A DNA stretch of 64,000 nt from Terriglobia bacterium (GTDB lineage Bacteria; Acidobacteriota; Terriglobia; Terriglobales; Acidobacteriaceae): NCBI GenBank assembly GCA_963803605.1, contig CAWDNG010000012.1:396974-460973 (forward strand), in the 5' to 3' direction. Made by a program: the position numbers and the translations under genes. Under the pieces are notes generated by a model. That model was not told the origin of the DNA, did no database searches, and worked only from the letters and a program-made list of their open reading frames with translations. Below are positions 46,760 to 56,119 of this stretch, one piece after another (positions within the stretch are counted from its first letter, which is position 1; each line of letters starts with the position of its first letter).

Positions 46760-47791
46760 TCACTGCTTTTCTGCTGGCTTAGAAGCGCCCGCGAGCAAAC
46801 CGGTTGACTCCCGCAGCACCAGATTTGTCTTGAGCAAATAGTCGGTGCCGTTGGGTGCTGGTACTTCGCGCTCGACTTCAGCCAGGAGCGCATTGAAGGC
46901 CAGCCGCGCCAGTTCGGGTTGGGACATCTGCACTGAGGTGAGCGGCGGCAGCACGAACTGCGCCAGGCGGATGTCGTCAAACCCAATCACCGAAAGATCG
47001 CGGGGAATGGAGATGCCGGCGTCATGGCTTTCGCGCATCACGCCAATCGCGGTCATGTCATTCGAACAGAGGACGGCGGTGGGGCGGACGGGGCCGGCCA
47101 GCAATCGGGTGAAGGCCGCCATACCTCCTTCCATGGTGTGGTCGCCTTCGACCACCAGCCGCGGGTCCGCTTCGAGGCCGATTTCCTGCATGGAGCGCAG
47201 GAAGGCCTGTTTCCTGGCCATCGCGGACTTCAGCCGCAAAGGGCCTGTAATGAACGCGATCTTCTCGTGGCGGAGCGCCGCCAGATGTTGCACTGCCTGG
47301 CGAATTCCGTTGAGATAGTCGATTCGGATGTTGCTGACCCGTGGGCGCGGCGGCCCGACATCGACAAACACCAAAGGCACTTTCCTCAGCTTCAGGTCTT
47401 CGAGCAGCACCTCTTCCATACCAAAGGTCAGAATGGCGACGCCCTCAACCCGGCGCTCAATCATCCGGCGCACCGCGCTTTCCATGCGTTCAGGATCATT
47501 TCCGGTCGAGGTAAGAAGAATCTCGTAGCGGTGTTGGACTGCAATGGTTTCGAACACTTGAACAATTTCCGGAAAGAAGGGGTTGGTAATTTCGGAAATG
47601 ATGAGGCCAAAAATCCTGCTGCGCCCGGAAACCAGGGCCCGCGCCTGAGTATTCGGATAATATCCAAGTTCTTCGATTACGCTCCAAACGCGCTTGGCCA
47701 GGGCGGGGCTGACGGTAGGGACGCGGTTGATGGTGCGAGAGACGGTGGCGGTTGACACCTTGGCCCGTCTCGCGATTTCTCGTATGTCCAT
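46760..47791 (-). CDS. LacI-family transcriptional regulator
   Basis: MDIREIARRAKVSTATVSRTINRVPTVS HTH, followed by a periplasmic-binding-fold sugar domain. I chose the ATG at 47791; the ORF-track start at 48157 adds 122 unlikely residues. Confidence 0.9.
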   Translation of the reverse strand: MDIREIARRAKVSTATVSRTINRVPTVSPALAKRVWSVIEELGYYPNTQARALVSGRSRIFGLIISEITNPFFPEIVQVFETIAVQHRYEILLTSTGNDPERMESAVRRMIERRVEGVAILTFGMEEVLLEDLKLRKVPLVFVDVGPPRPRVSNIRIDYLNGIRQAVQHLAALRHEKIAFITGPLRLKSAMARKQAFLRSMQEIGLEADPRLVVEGDHTMEGGMAAFTRLLAGPVRPTAVLCSNDMTAIGVMRESHDAGISIPRDLSVIGFDDIRLAQFVLPPLTSVQMSQPELARLAFNALLAEVEREVPAPNGTDYLLKTNLVLRESTGLLAGASKPAEKQ

Positions 47792-48134
47792 AAGTTCAGC
47801 AGGCGGGTGGAGCGATGGCCGAAATTCTAGCACGGCAAACGTTATCCCGGCAGAGGTCGGAAGGCAACGGCAGGGAAGCGCGATGTGGCGGAAAATGGGA
47901 GCAGGCTCACGCTTCTGCGCTTGAGATGAGGGTGGTGGACTGCGAGGGTGCCGGGTTTGTCCGGGAGCAGATGTGGGAGCCGAGGTTGGCCGCGCTCGCG
48001 AAAGGGAATGAGAAAACGTTTTCTCTGGACCCGCTAGATCCCCCCGCTGGAGTGGCCGGAATATGGCTTTGCCTTGCAATTCCGGCACTGGCCAGTCGGG
48101 GGCGGAGAAATCGAGGATGGCAGATATTCGGTGA

Positions 48135-48163
48135 TTGACAAAAGCGGTTACGTACACTATTTT
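48135..48163 (+). promoter_or_regulatory. candidate sigma70-type promoter (TTGACA - 17 nt - TATTTT)
   Basis: TTGACA at 48135-48140 and TATTTT at 48158-48163. The operator-like palindrome starts 13 nt downstream. Prediction by eye only. Confidence 0.35.
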
Positions 48164-48175
48164 GACTTTTCGTGT

Positions 48176-48189
48176 AGTAAACGATTACT
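48176..48189. promoter_or_regulatory. AGTAAACGATTACT, second copy of the candidate LacI-family operator
   Basis: 13/14 match to the palindrome at 43222-43235. Located in the lacI/araD divergent region, 39 nt upstream of the araD ATG. Confidence 0.55.
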
Positions 48190-48227
48190 TATCAAAACCC
48201 TCACATTCCTCGGATAAAAAGCTCACT

Positions 48228-48932
48228 ATGCTGTTGCCACGGCTACGGGAAGAGGTGCTAGAAGCGAACCTGGAGCTGGTGCGAAGAGGGTTGGTGCTCT
48301 ATACCTTCGGCAATGCCAGCGGCATCTCCCGGGAACAGAAACTGGTCGTTATCAAGCCTAGTGGTGTTCCTTACGACGCCATGAAACCAGAGCACCTGGT
48401 GGTCACCGATCTAGAGGGCAAGATAGTGGAAGGCACTTTACGGCCCTCCTCCGACCTTCCCACACATCTTGTCCTCTATCGGGCCTTCCCGGAGATCGGA
48501 GGAGTCGCCCATACTCATTCCGAATATGCCACCTCGTGGGCGCAGGCGCGCCAGCCGATCCCATGTTTTGGCACCACCCATGCCGACTACTTTCATGGTC
48601 CGGTCCCGGTCACTGAGGTCATGGCGGACGGCGAGATCGCTTCCGAGTATGAGAAAAACACCGGACATGCTATTGTTCGTGCCTTTGAGAAGGTGGGGTA
48701 TGCCTCCGTGCCGGCGGTTCTGGTGGCCAATCACGGCCCCTTCGCCTGGGGTCCGGATCCGGGAGCAGCGGCGCATAACGCCGTGATCCTGGAAGCGGTG
48801 GCACGAATGGCGTATTTTACTGTCACTCTCAATACTGGAGCGGAACCGGTCGGCAGCGGGCTGCACGACAAGCACTATTTGAGGAAGCACGGGGCCAGCG
48901 CGTATTACGGGCAGGCAAAGGAAAAGAAATGA
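48228..48932 (+). CDS. araD: L-ribulose-5-phosphate 4-epimerase
   Basis: LYTFGNASGI, VIKPSGVPYD, GVAHTHS.YAT, and HGPFAWG class II aldolase/epimerase motifs, 234 aa. Start at ATG 48228. Confidence 0.9.
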   Translation: MLLPRLREEVLEANLELVRRGLVLYTFGNASGISREQKLVVIKPSGVPYDAMKPEHLVVTDLEGKIVEGTLRPSSDLPTHLVLYRAFPEIGGVAHTHSEYATSWAQARQPIPCFGTTHADYFHGPVPVTEVMADGEIASEYEKNTGHAIVRAFEKVGYASVPAVLVANHGPFAWGPDPGAAAHNAVILEAVARMAYFTVTLNTGAEPVGSGLHDKHYLRKHGASAYYGQAKEKK

Positions 48933-50632
48933 TGCCAGCGTTCGCGATGTTGGTCGAGACCCAGCTTGTGCATTTGTCCCGGGTGGATTTTGTCATCATT
49001 GCCTTCTACTTCGCCCTGGTTCTGGCGATTGGCTTTTACCTGCGCGGACGGGCGAATACGGGCGAAGACTTCTTCATGGCCGGGCGCGAGATGACCGCAT
49101 GGGTGGCCGGCCTCAGTTTTCTCTCTGCCAACCTCGGTGCCCTCGAGTTGATGGGCTGGGCGGGTTCGGCCTATCAATATGGCATTCTTGCCACGCATTG
49201 GTACTGGATCGGCGCCATCCCGGCGATGCTGTTCCTGGCTCTGGTGATGATGCCGTTCTACTACATTTCCAAGACGCACTCGGTCCCGGGATATTTGAAG
49301 CTGCGCTTCGGCGAACCCAGTCGCGCCCTGTCCGCAATTTCCTTCGCCTTCATGACCGTGCTCATGAGCGGCGTCAACATGTTTGCCATGGCCAAGGTCA
49401 TGCAAATCGTGCTGGGCTGGGACATCAATTTCAGCATCTGGGTCTCGTCGCTCACGGTGGCCATTTATGTGACCCTCGGCGGGCTACGCTCGGCCATCTT
49501 TAACGAGGTGCTGCAATTCTTTCTGATCTGGGCGGGTGCGCTGCTCATCCCGATCCTGGGATTGTATGAAGCCGGCGGCTGGGGCCATCTCAAGATACTG
49601 ATCGCGCAACGAGCTTCGGAACAGTATGTCCATCTCTGGTCGGGGTTGGGCTCATTCACCGCCAACCCGATGGGCATCCACTGGACTGGCATTGTGTTCG
49701 GGCTGGGCTCGGTGATCTCGATGGGGTACTGGACCACGGACTTCCTGGTGGTACAGCGCATCCTGGCTGCAAAAGACATTCGCAGCGCGGAAATGGCCCC
49801 GATCATCGGTGCCGGATTCAAGATGATGGTGCCACTGATCGTGATTCTTCCCGGACTGTTGGGCCTTGGCCTGCTGCCCATGAAGCTGGTTCCGGAATCG
49901 GTGGCGACGGTCACTGGCGGCCACAGCTATAACGACGTGCTTCCGCTGATGCTGGCCCGCTACTGCGGTCCCGGGCTGCTTGGGTTGGGGATTACGGCGC
50001 TGATTGCGGGTTTCATGTCGGGCATGGCCGGCAACGTGAGCGCGTTCACCACGGTCTGGACTTATGACATTTACCGCCCCCTCATCAACAGCAAAGGGAC
50101 CGATCATCACTACGTGAACATGGGCCGGTGGACCACCGTGATCGGCGTGCTGATCAGCGTAGGCACCGCCTATCTGGTGATGCAGTTCGCCAGCATCATG
50201 GACTACGTGCAGGCATTGTTCAGCTTCTTTATTGCCCCGCTGTTTGGCACAGTCATCCTGGGGATGCTGTGGAAGCGGGCGAGCGGCCCGGCAGGTTTCT
50301 GGGGATTGCTCTGCGGAACCCTTTCTTCGATTGGCATGTGGACCTGGGTGAAGGTCGATCCCAGCGCGCTGCGTTATGTGGCGCTGTCGCCCCATGCCAA
50401 GGCCCTTGCCCAGGACATGTACCAGGCGCTCTGGTCGTTTGTGGTTTGCGTGGTCGTCACCGTGGCGGTAAGTCTGGTAACTAAACCTGTGCCGGACAGC
50501 CAATTGACCGGTTTGGTCTATGGGCAAACGGAGATTCCCTCGGTTGGAAACGTGCCCCTGTATCAGAAGCCGCTTTTTTGGGCTGGCATTGTGGTGGTGG
50601 TGTTCTTCGTACTGAACATTATTTTCTGGTAA
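48929..50632 (+). CDS. sodium:solute symporter (SSS/SGLT) family transporter
   Basis: 567 aa with about 13-14 hydrophobic segments. GREMTAWVAGLSFLSANLGALELMG is typical of SSS. ATGA overlap with araD. Confidence 0.9.
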   Translation: MMPAFAMLVETQLVHLSRVDFVIIAFYFALVLAIGFYLRGRANTGEDFFMAGREMTAWVAGLSFLSANLGALELMGWAGSAYQYGILATHWYWIGAIPAMLFLALVMMPFYYISKTHSVPGYLKLRFGEPSRALSAISFAFMTVLMSGVNMFAMAKVMQIVLGWDINFSIWVSSLTVAIYVTLGGLRSAIFNEVLQFFLIWAGALLIPILGLYEAGGWGHLKILIAQRASEQYVHLWSGLGSFTANPMGIHWTGIVFGLGSVISMGYWTTDFLVVQRILAAKDIRSAEMAPIIGAGFKMMVPLIVILPGLLGLGLLPMKLVPESVATVTGGHSYNDVLPLMLARYCGPGLLGLGITALIAGFMSGMAGNVSAFTTVWTYDIYRPLINSKGTDHHYVNMGRWTTVIGVLISVGTAYLVMQFASIMDYVQALFSFFIAPLFGTVILGMLWKRASGPAGFWGLLCGTLSSIGMWTWVKVDPSALRYVALSPHAKALAQDMYQALWSFVVCVVVTVAVSLVTKPVPDSQLTGLVYGQTEIPSVGNVPLYQKPLFWAGIVVVVFFVLNIIFW

Positions 50633-50714
50633 ATGGGGACGGGATTGGGGTAGCGCCGGCAAGATGCCGGCGCTACGCTAAAGCGGTAGGTTTTGAAAAG
50701 CAGAGGTGCGCAGC

Positions 50715-50921
50715 ATGATTTCCATCTGGTTCTTTATCGGTATCTCGCTGGCCGTGAACGGCGCCTTGATTTGTGCTGCGGGAATTTACCAGGTCGTAAA
50801 TCCTCCGGCGGATCCGGGCGTGGTTTTGTTCAACCTGCACGCCAACGTATGGTGGGGCGCCGTGCTCCTGGTCCTGGGATTGATCTATTGCGTGAAATTC
50901 GCCCCGAAGCGGCACGCGTAA
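50715..50921 (+). CDS. small two-TM membrane protein
   Basis: MISIWFFIGISLAVNGALICAAG...WWGAVLLVLGLIYCV, with AGAGG upstream of the ATG at 50715. Its position within the operon is the only other support. Confidence 0.45.
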   Translation: MISIWFFIGISLAVNGALICAAGIYQVVNPPADPGVVLFNLHANVWWGAVLLVLGLIYCVKFAPKRHA

Positions 50922-50948
50922 GGGATTGGGTTTCAAAAAGGGCTAAGT

Positions 50949-52379
50949 ATGGCAACGAAAAAAATGACGATGGGCCTGATCGTGGGCAACCGTGGTTTCT
51001 TCCCCGATCATTTGGCCAAAACCGGGCGCGAGGAAATGCTGAGGGTTTTGACCGCGGCCGGCATGGATGTGGTTGCGCTGACTCCGGACGAGAGCAAATA
51101 CGGTGCAGTCGAGACCCGGGACGAGTCGCGGCGCTGTGCTGACCTGTTCAAACGCAATCGAGATCGCATTGACGGCGTTATCGTGACACTACCGAACTTC
51201 GGCGAAGAGCGCGCGATTGCCGATGCCTTGCGCCTGGCGGATCTGCACGTGCCCGTGCTGATCCAGGCCACGCCCGACGATCCCAAGAAGATGACCATCG
51301 CCTTCCGGCGCGACAGCTTTTGCGGCAAGATGTCGGCCTGCAATAATCTGCGCCAGTACGGCATTCCCTACTCCATCACCACACTGCACACCGAAAGTCC
51401 GGATTCGCCCGAGTTCGCCAAAGACCTGCAATGGTTCGCGGGAGTCTGTCGCGTCGTCAATGGTTTCCGCAATTTACGCGTGGGATCGATTGGGGCGCGG
51501 CCCACGGCTTTCAATACGGTGCGCTACAGCGAGAAAATTCTCGAAGCGCAGGGGATCTCGATCGAGACCCTTGACCTCTCCGAGGTGCTGGGCCGCATCG
51601 AGCGCATGAAGGACAACGACGACGCGGCGCAGGCCAAACTGGCTTCAATCAAGAAATACGTGGATTCGAGCGGAGTGCCGGAAGCCGCCCTGATGAAGAT
51701 GGCTAAGCTCGGCGCCGTGGTCGACCACTGGATGGCAACCACCGAAGTAGCCATCAGCGCGGTACAGTGCTGGACGTCGATTGAGGAGAATCTTGGTGTC
51801 GTGCCCTGCACCGTCATGAGCATGATGAGCGATGGATTGCTTTCCAGTGCCTGCGAGGTGGACATTTGCGGCGTGCTGGCCATGCATGCCCTGCGCCTGG
51901 CGTCGGAAACGCCCTCGGCGCTGCTGGACTGGAACAACAACTACGGCTCCGATCCCAACAAGGCGGTCTGCTTTCACTGTTCCAATCTGCCCAAACACTT
52001 CTTCCGCTCGGTGAAGATGGATTTCCAGGAGATCATTGCGGGCACCGTGGGCAAGGAAAACACTTTCGGTACCTGCGTGGGATTGATCAAGCCGGAGAAG
52101 ATGAGCTTTGCCCGTTTTTCCACCGACGACACCGCGGGCAAGATGCGCGGCTACGTGGGCGAAGGCAGGTTTACCGATGACCCGCTGAATACTTTCGGCG
52201 GCGCCGGGGTGGTGGAAATCCCACAGATGCAGAAGTTGCTGCATTACATCTGCGAAAACGGCTTCGAGCATCACGTGGCCGCCAACCTTTCGAGCGTGGC
52301 GCCTGCAGTTTACGAAGCCACCACCCGGTATCTGCACTGGGACATGTACGCGCATCCGGGGAACAACGGGGCCTGCTGA
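50949..52379 (+). CDS. L-fucose/L-arabinose isomerase family protein (FucI-like fold), probable L-arabinose isomerase of this locus
   Basis: MGLIVGNRGFFPDHL, TLPNFGEERA, FCGKMSACNNL, VPCTVMSMMSDG..SACEVD, FHCSNLP match the FucI-like (COG2407-type) family rather than canonical AraA. Confidence 0.8.
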   Translation: MATKKMTMGLIVGNRGFFPDHLAKTGREEMLRVLTAAGMDVVALTPDESKYGAVETRDESRRCADLFKRNRDRIDGVIVTLPNFGEERAIADALRLADLHVPVLIQATPDDPKKMTIAFRRDSFCGKMSACNNLRQYGIPYSITTLHTESPDSPEFAKDLQWFAGVCRVVNGFRNLRVGSIGARPTAFNTVRYSEKILEAQGISIETLDLSEVLGRIERMKDNDDAAQAKLASIKKYVDSSGVPEAALMKMAKLGAVVDHWMATTEVAISAVQCWTSIEENLGVVPCTVMSMMSDGLLSSACEVDICGVLAMHALRLASETPSALLDWNNNYGSDPNKAVCFHCSNLPKHFFRSVKMDFQEIIAGTVGKENTFGTCVGLIKPEKMSFARFSTDDTAGKMRGYVGEGRFTDDPLNTFGGAGVVEIPQMQKLLHYICENGFEHHVAANLSSVAPAVYEATTRYLHWDMYAHPGNNGAC

Positions 52380-53953
52380 TGGCCATCGTGGCGGGAGTCG
52401 ATTTCGGCACTCTCAGCGTGCGCGTCTCCATCGTGGACAATGAGCGCGGGCTGCTCGAATCCGCGGTCGCCGAATATGCTCTGCACCGCAAGCGCGACGA
52501 CCCTGAATACGCCACTCAGGCGCACGAAGATCATATGCGCGCCTTGGCCTCGGCCATGCGCGAGGCAGTGAAGAAGGCCGGCATCTCTGGCGACCAGGTC
52601 GAAGCCATCGCGCTCGACACCACCGGCTCTTCGGTAATTCCCGTAGGCAAAGACCTGCAACCTCTCGGCGAATACTATCTTTGGTGTGATCATCGGGCCA
52701 AAGGTGAGGCGGCGGAGATCACGGCGGCTGCTCATCGCGAAGGACTTGAAGCCATTTACTGGTGCGGCGGTGTGTACTCGTCGGAGTGGGGATTTTCGAA
52801 ACTCCTGCATTGGCTCCGCAACAACCCGGCGAAGCGCTCGGAGTTTGTCTCCGCCTTCGAGCACTGCGACATGGTGGCGGCAACGCTGTGCGGCATCACC
52901 GATCCCAAGAAAGTGAAGCGCAGCATTTGTGCCATGGGCCACAAATGGCTCTGGAACCGCGCCCTGGGCGGTCTGCCTCCCGAGCAATTCCTGGTGAAAG
53001 TCGACCCGCTTTTGGCCGGCGTTCGCGAAAAACTGGACGGTGAGTATGCGGCGTCCGACCAGATCGCAGGAACACTCACCAAAGATTGGGCCGAAAAGCT
53101 TGGTCTTAAGACCGGCATTCCGATTCCGGTGGGGGCGTTCGACGCGCATTGGGATGCGATCGGGGCTGGCTGCGGCACTGACGACATAGTGAATGTGGTC
53201 GGAACCTCCACTTGCATCATCGGGATCACGCCGTCGGTCAATCTGGTTCCGGGCGTGTGTGGCGTGGTGCAGGGAAGTGTGCACCCACTCCGCACTGGCA
53301 TCGAAGCTGGCCTCTCGGCTGTCGGAGATATTTTCAACGCTATTGCGACCCGCGCCGGTACGGATGTAAAGACCTTGAGCCAGGGCCTGGAGAATTATCG
53401 CGCCGGAGAAACCGGGCTGCTGCGGATGACCTGGGACAATGGCGACCGCACCGTGCTGGTCAATCCCAACCTGCGCGGCATCACTCTGGGCTGGAACCTG
53501 CAGAGCACTGCCCAGGACGAATTGTTCGCCGCCATCGAAGGCACGGCGTTCCACACCCGCGTAATCCTCGATCGCATGGCCGCGAACGGGGTAAATATCA
53601 AGCGCGTCATCAACGCCGGCGGCATTCCGCAAAAGAATGACGTGCTGAACCGCGTGTATGCCAATGTGCTGGGGCGCCCGGTACTGGTGCCGAGCAAGAG
53701 CGTGACCAGCCTGGGCTCAGCAATCTTTGCGTTTCTGGCGGCCGGGACTTTCAAGACCATCGAGGAGGCGCAGAAAAAGATTTGTCCACCCCAACGGGTG
53801 TTTGAGCCCGACAAATCCGAGCAACAGGTTTACGAAGAGCTGTATCCCCTTTACAGCAAGCTTTACTTCGCCTTGGGCGATCCCCAAAAGGATGACTTCG
53901 GTATGGTCCTTCCCACCTTGATTCGCGTGGCTGAGTCCGTGCACAAGCGGTAA
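52379..53953 (+). CDS. araB: ribulokinase (FGGY family)
   Basis: VAGVDFGTLSVR, an FGGY N-domain, GTSTC, and a C-terminal NAGGIPQKN..L..VYANVLGRPV block typical of AraB. TGATG overlap with the isomerase stop. Confidence 0.9.
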   Translation: MAIVAGVDFGTLSVRVSIVDNERGLLESAVAEYALHRKRDDPEYATQAHEDHMRALASAMREAVKKAGISGDQVEAIALDTTGSSVIPVGKDLQPLGEYYLWCDHRAKGEAAEITAAAHREGLEAIYWCGGVYSSEWGFSKLLHWLRNNPAKRSEFVSAFEHCDMVAATLCGITDPKKVKRSICAMGHKWLWNRALGGLPPEQFLVKVDPLLAGVREKLDGEYAASDQIAGTLTKDWAEKLGLKTGIPIPVGAFDAHWDAIGAGCGTDDIVNVVGTSTCIIGITPSVNLVPGVCGVVQGSVHPLRTGIEAGLSAVGDIFNAIATRAGTDVKTLSQGLENYRAGETGLLRMTWDNGDRTVLVNPNLRGITLGWNLQSTAQDELFAAIEGTAFHTRVILDRMAANGVNIKRVINAGGIPQKNDVLNRVYANVLGRPVLVPSKSVTSLGSAIFAFLAAGTFKTIEEAQKKICPPQRVFEPDKSEQQVYEELYPLYSKLYFALGDPQKDDFGMVLPTLIRVAESVHKR

Positions 53954-54078
53954 TCTTTCACAGGACTCCCGGCCTATCTGTTTTCTTTTCATCGGGACCG
54001 GCAGGGCGCGCGGTCCTCCACTGGGCGCCAGTAGTCTATAATTTAAGCTTCCGCTTCAAACCTTGGAGTGACGACACA

Positions 54079-56067
54079 ATGATTCGATTTCTGCAGACCC
54101 CTGGCCCGATCAAGAAAGTGGTTCTTGGCGGATTGCTGACCGTTATTTGCGCCGCTATGGCGATCACACTGATTCCGGGCGGCATCGGTGACAGCATCGG
54201 CCTGGGGGGACCCGGACAGGGGGTAGTGGCCAAAGTGGCCGGCGAGCCGGTGACCACGCTCGAGGTGCAGCGCGAGGCCCGGCAGATGCTGCGCCAGCAG
54301 TTTCCCCGTGGCGGCGAGCAGACCGCCATGCTGCTGCCCTACTTTGCCGAACGCGCTGCCCAGAACCTGATCAGCCGGAAGGCTCTGGTCACCGAAGCCG
54401 AGCGCCTGGGTCTGCGGGCCACGGATGAAGAGTTGCGCGATGAATTGCAGCACGGGCGCTATTCGGCCACGTTCTTTCCCGGCGGAAAATTTGTCGGCCA
54501 GCAGCAGTACGAGAACATTCTGCAAAACGCCGACCTGAGTGTTCCCCAGTTCGAGCAGGGCGCGAAGGACGATATTCTGGTGGGCAAGCTGCGCAACCTG
54601 ATCGCGGGCAGCGCGCTGGTCACGGACGGTGAAGTGCGTCAGGAATTTGAGAAGGAAAATACCAAGGTCAAGTTCGATTATGCGGTGCTCCGGAAGGATG
54701 ATCTGGCGAAACAGATCAAACCTACGGAAGCCGAGTTGAAGGCGTTCTACCAGCGCAACCAGGCCAGCTATAACAATTCGATTCCGGAGAAGCGCAAAGT
54801 CCAGTATGTCGTGCTGGACACGGCGAAGATCGAAGCGGGAGTGAGCGTGTCCCGCGAGGACCTCCAGGCCTACTACGACCAGCACCGCGATGAGTACCGC
54901 GTGCCCGAGCAGGTCAATGTAAGCCATATCCTGATTAAGACTCCTCTGCCCGGTGCGGATGGAAAAGTTGACCCCAAAGGCGTGGAGGAGGCCCGCAAGA
55001 AGGCAGAAGATGTTCTCAAACAGCTGAAGGCAGGCGGAAATTTCGCCGAACTGGCCAAGAAATACTCTGATGATCCGGGGAGCGCCAAGAATGGCGGTTC
55101 GCTGGGCTGGATTGGCCGGGGCCGCACCGTGCCGGAATTTGAACAGACCGCATTCTCCCTGGCCAAGGGCGCGACCAGTGGCCTGGTGCAGAGCAGTTAC
55201 GGCTTCCACATCATCCGTCTCGAGGACAAGCAGGCGGCGCATGTGAAGCCGCTGGATGAGGTCAAGGACCAGATCGAAGAGGTCATCAGGCAGCAGAAAG
55301 CTGCCCAAGCCGCGACGAATCAAGTGAATGCGTTGCTGACGCAGGCGCGCAGTGCGGGATTGGAAAAGGCAGCCGCGGCCAAGGGCCTTAACGTCATCAG
55401 TACCGACTTTGTGAGCCGTACCGACAGTCTGCCGGGCATTGGCAGTTCGCCGCAGTTCATGAGCGCGGTGTTCGGCCAGGCCGAAAAAGCTCCGCCCGAC
55501 CAGGTGCAGACCGCGCAGGGCTACGCCGTGTTCCAGGTAGTGGCCATCAAGCCGCCGGCAACCCCGACTTTTGAGGAGATTCGCAGTCGGGTGGAGGACG
55601 AATTCAGAAACGAGCGCGTTGCCGCCCTGCTCAACCAGAAAACCCAGGAGCTGGCCGACCGCGCCAAGGCCGAACATGACCTGAAGAAGGCGGCCAAAGA
55701 GGCGGGAGCAATTGTCAAGACCAGCGACTTCGTGCTGCCGGACGGGCAAGTCCCGGACATTGGTTCCATGTCGGGCGGCGCCTCGGTGGCCTTTAGCCTG
55801 AAGCCGGGCGAGATCAGCGGTCCGATCAGCAACGGCACCACCGGCGTGGTCTTGTCGGTCCTGGACCGCCAGGAGCCGACCGCCCAGGATTTTGAGGTCA
55901 AGAAAGACCAGGTCCGCGACGCCTTGATCCAGAACAAGCAGCAGGAAATCTTTGGCCTCTTCCTCACCAATCTGCGGGTCCAGATGGAAAAATCCGGCAA
56001 GATCCAGATCAATGCCGATGAGATGAAGAGCTTGACCCGCGCCCAGGGTGGGGAACAGGGAGAGTAA
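54079..56067 (+). CDS. ppiD: periplasmic chaperone / peptidyl-prolyl isomerase, PpiD-like
   Basis: N-terminal TM anchor, a SurA_N-like region, and a parvulin block HILIK..A..V..QLK.G.NFAELAKKYSDDPGSAKNGGSLGW..RG..VPEFE..AF.L..G..S..V.S.YGFHII. Confidence 0.85.
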   Translation: MIRFLQTPGPIKKVVLGGLLTVICAAMAITLIPGGIGDSIGLGGPGQGVVAKVAGEPVTTLEVQREARQMLRQQFPRGGEQTAMLLPYFAERAAQNLISRKALVTEAERLGLRATDEELRDELQHGRYSATFFPGGKFVGQQQYENILQNADLSVPQFEQGAKDDILVGKLRNLIAGSALVTDGEVRQEFEKENTKVKFDYAVLRKDDLAKQIKPTEAELKAFYQRNQASYNNSIPEKRKVQYVVLDTAKIEAGVSVSREDLQAYYDQHRDEYRVPEQVNVSHILIKTPLPGADGKVDPKGVEEARKKAEDVLKQLKAGGNFAELAKKYSDDPGSAKNGGSLGWIGRGRTVPEFEQTAFSLAKGATSGLVQSSYGFHIIRLEDKQAAHVKPLDEVKDQIEEVIRQQKAAQAATNQVNALLTQARSAGLEKAAAAKGLNVISTDFVSRTDSLPGIGSSPQFMSAVFGQAEKAPPDQVQTAQGYAVFQVVAIKPPATPTFEEIRSRVEDEFRNERVAALLNQKTQELADRAKAEHDLKKAAKEAGAIVKTSDFVLPDGQVPDIGSMSGGASVAFSLKPGEISGPISNGTTGVVLSVLDRQEPTAQDFEVKKDQVRDALIQNKQQEIFGLFLTNLRVQMEKSGKIQINADEMKSLTRAQGGEQGE

Positions 56068-56119
56068 AGCGCGGCCACCCACCGCTTCCACGATTGCTGG
56101 TAGCATCGGCACAGTTCAG

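Noticed and set aside
52310-53632. 440-aa minus-strand ORF antisense to araB
   Set aside because: A shadow ORF opposite a clear FGGY kinase.
54043-56112. 689-aa minus-strand ORF antisense to ppiD
   Set aside because: A shadow ORF. The plus strand has the parvulin domain and a TM anchor.
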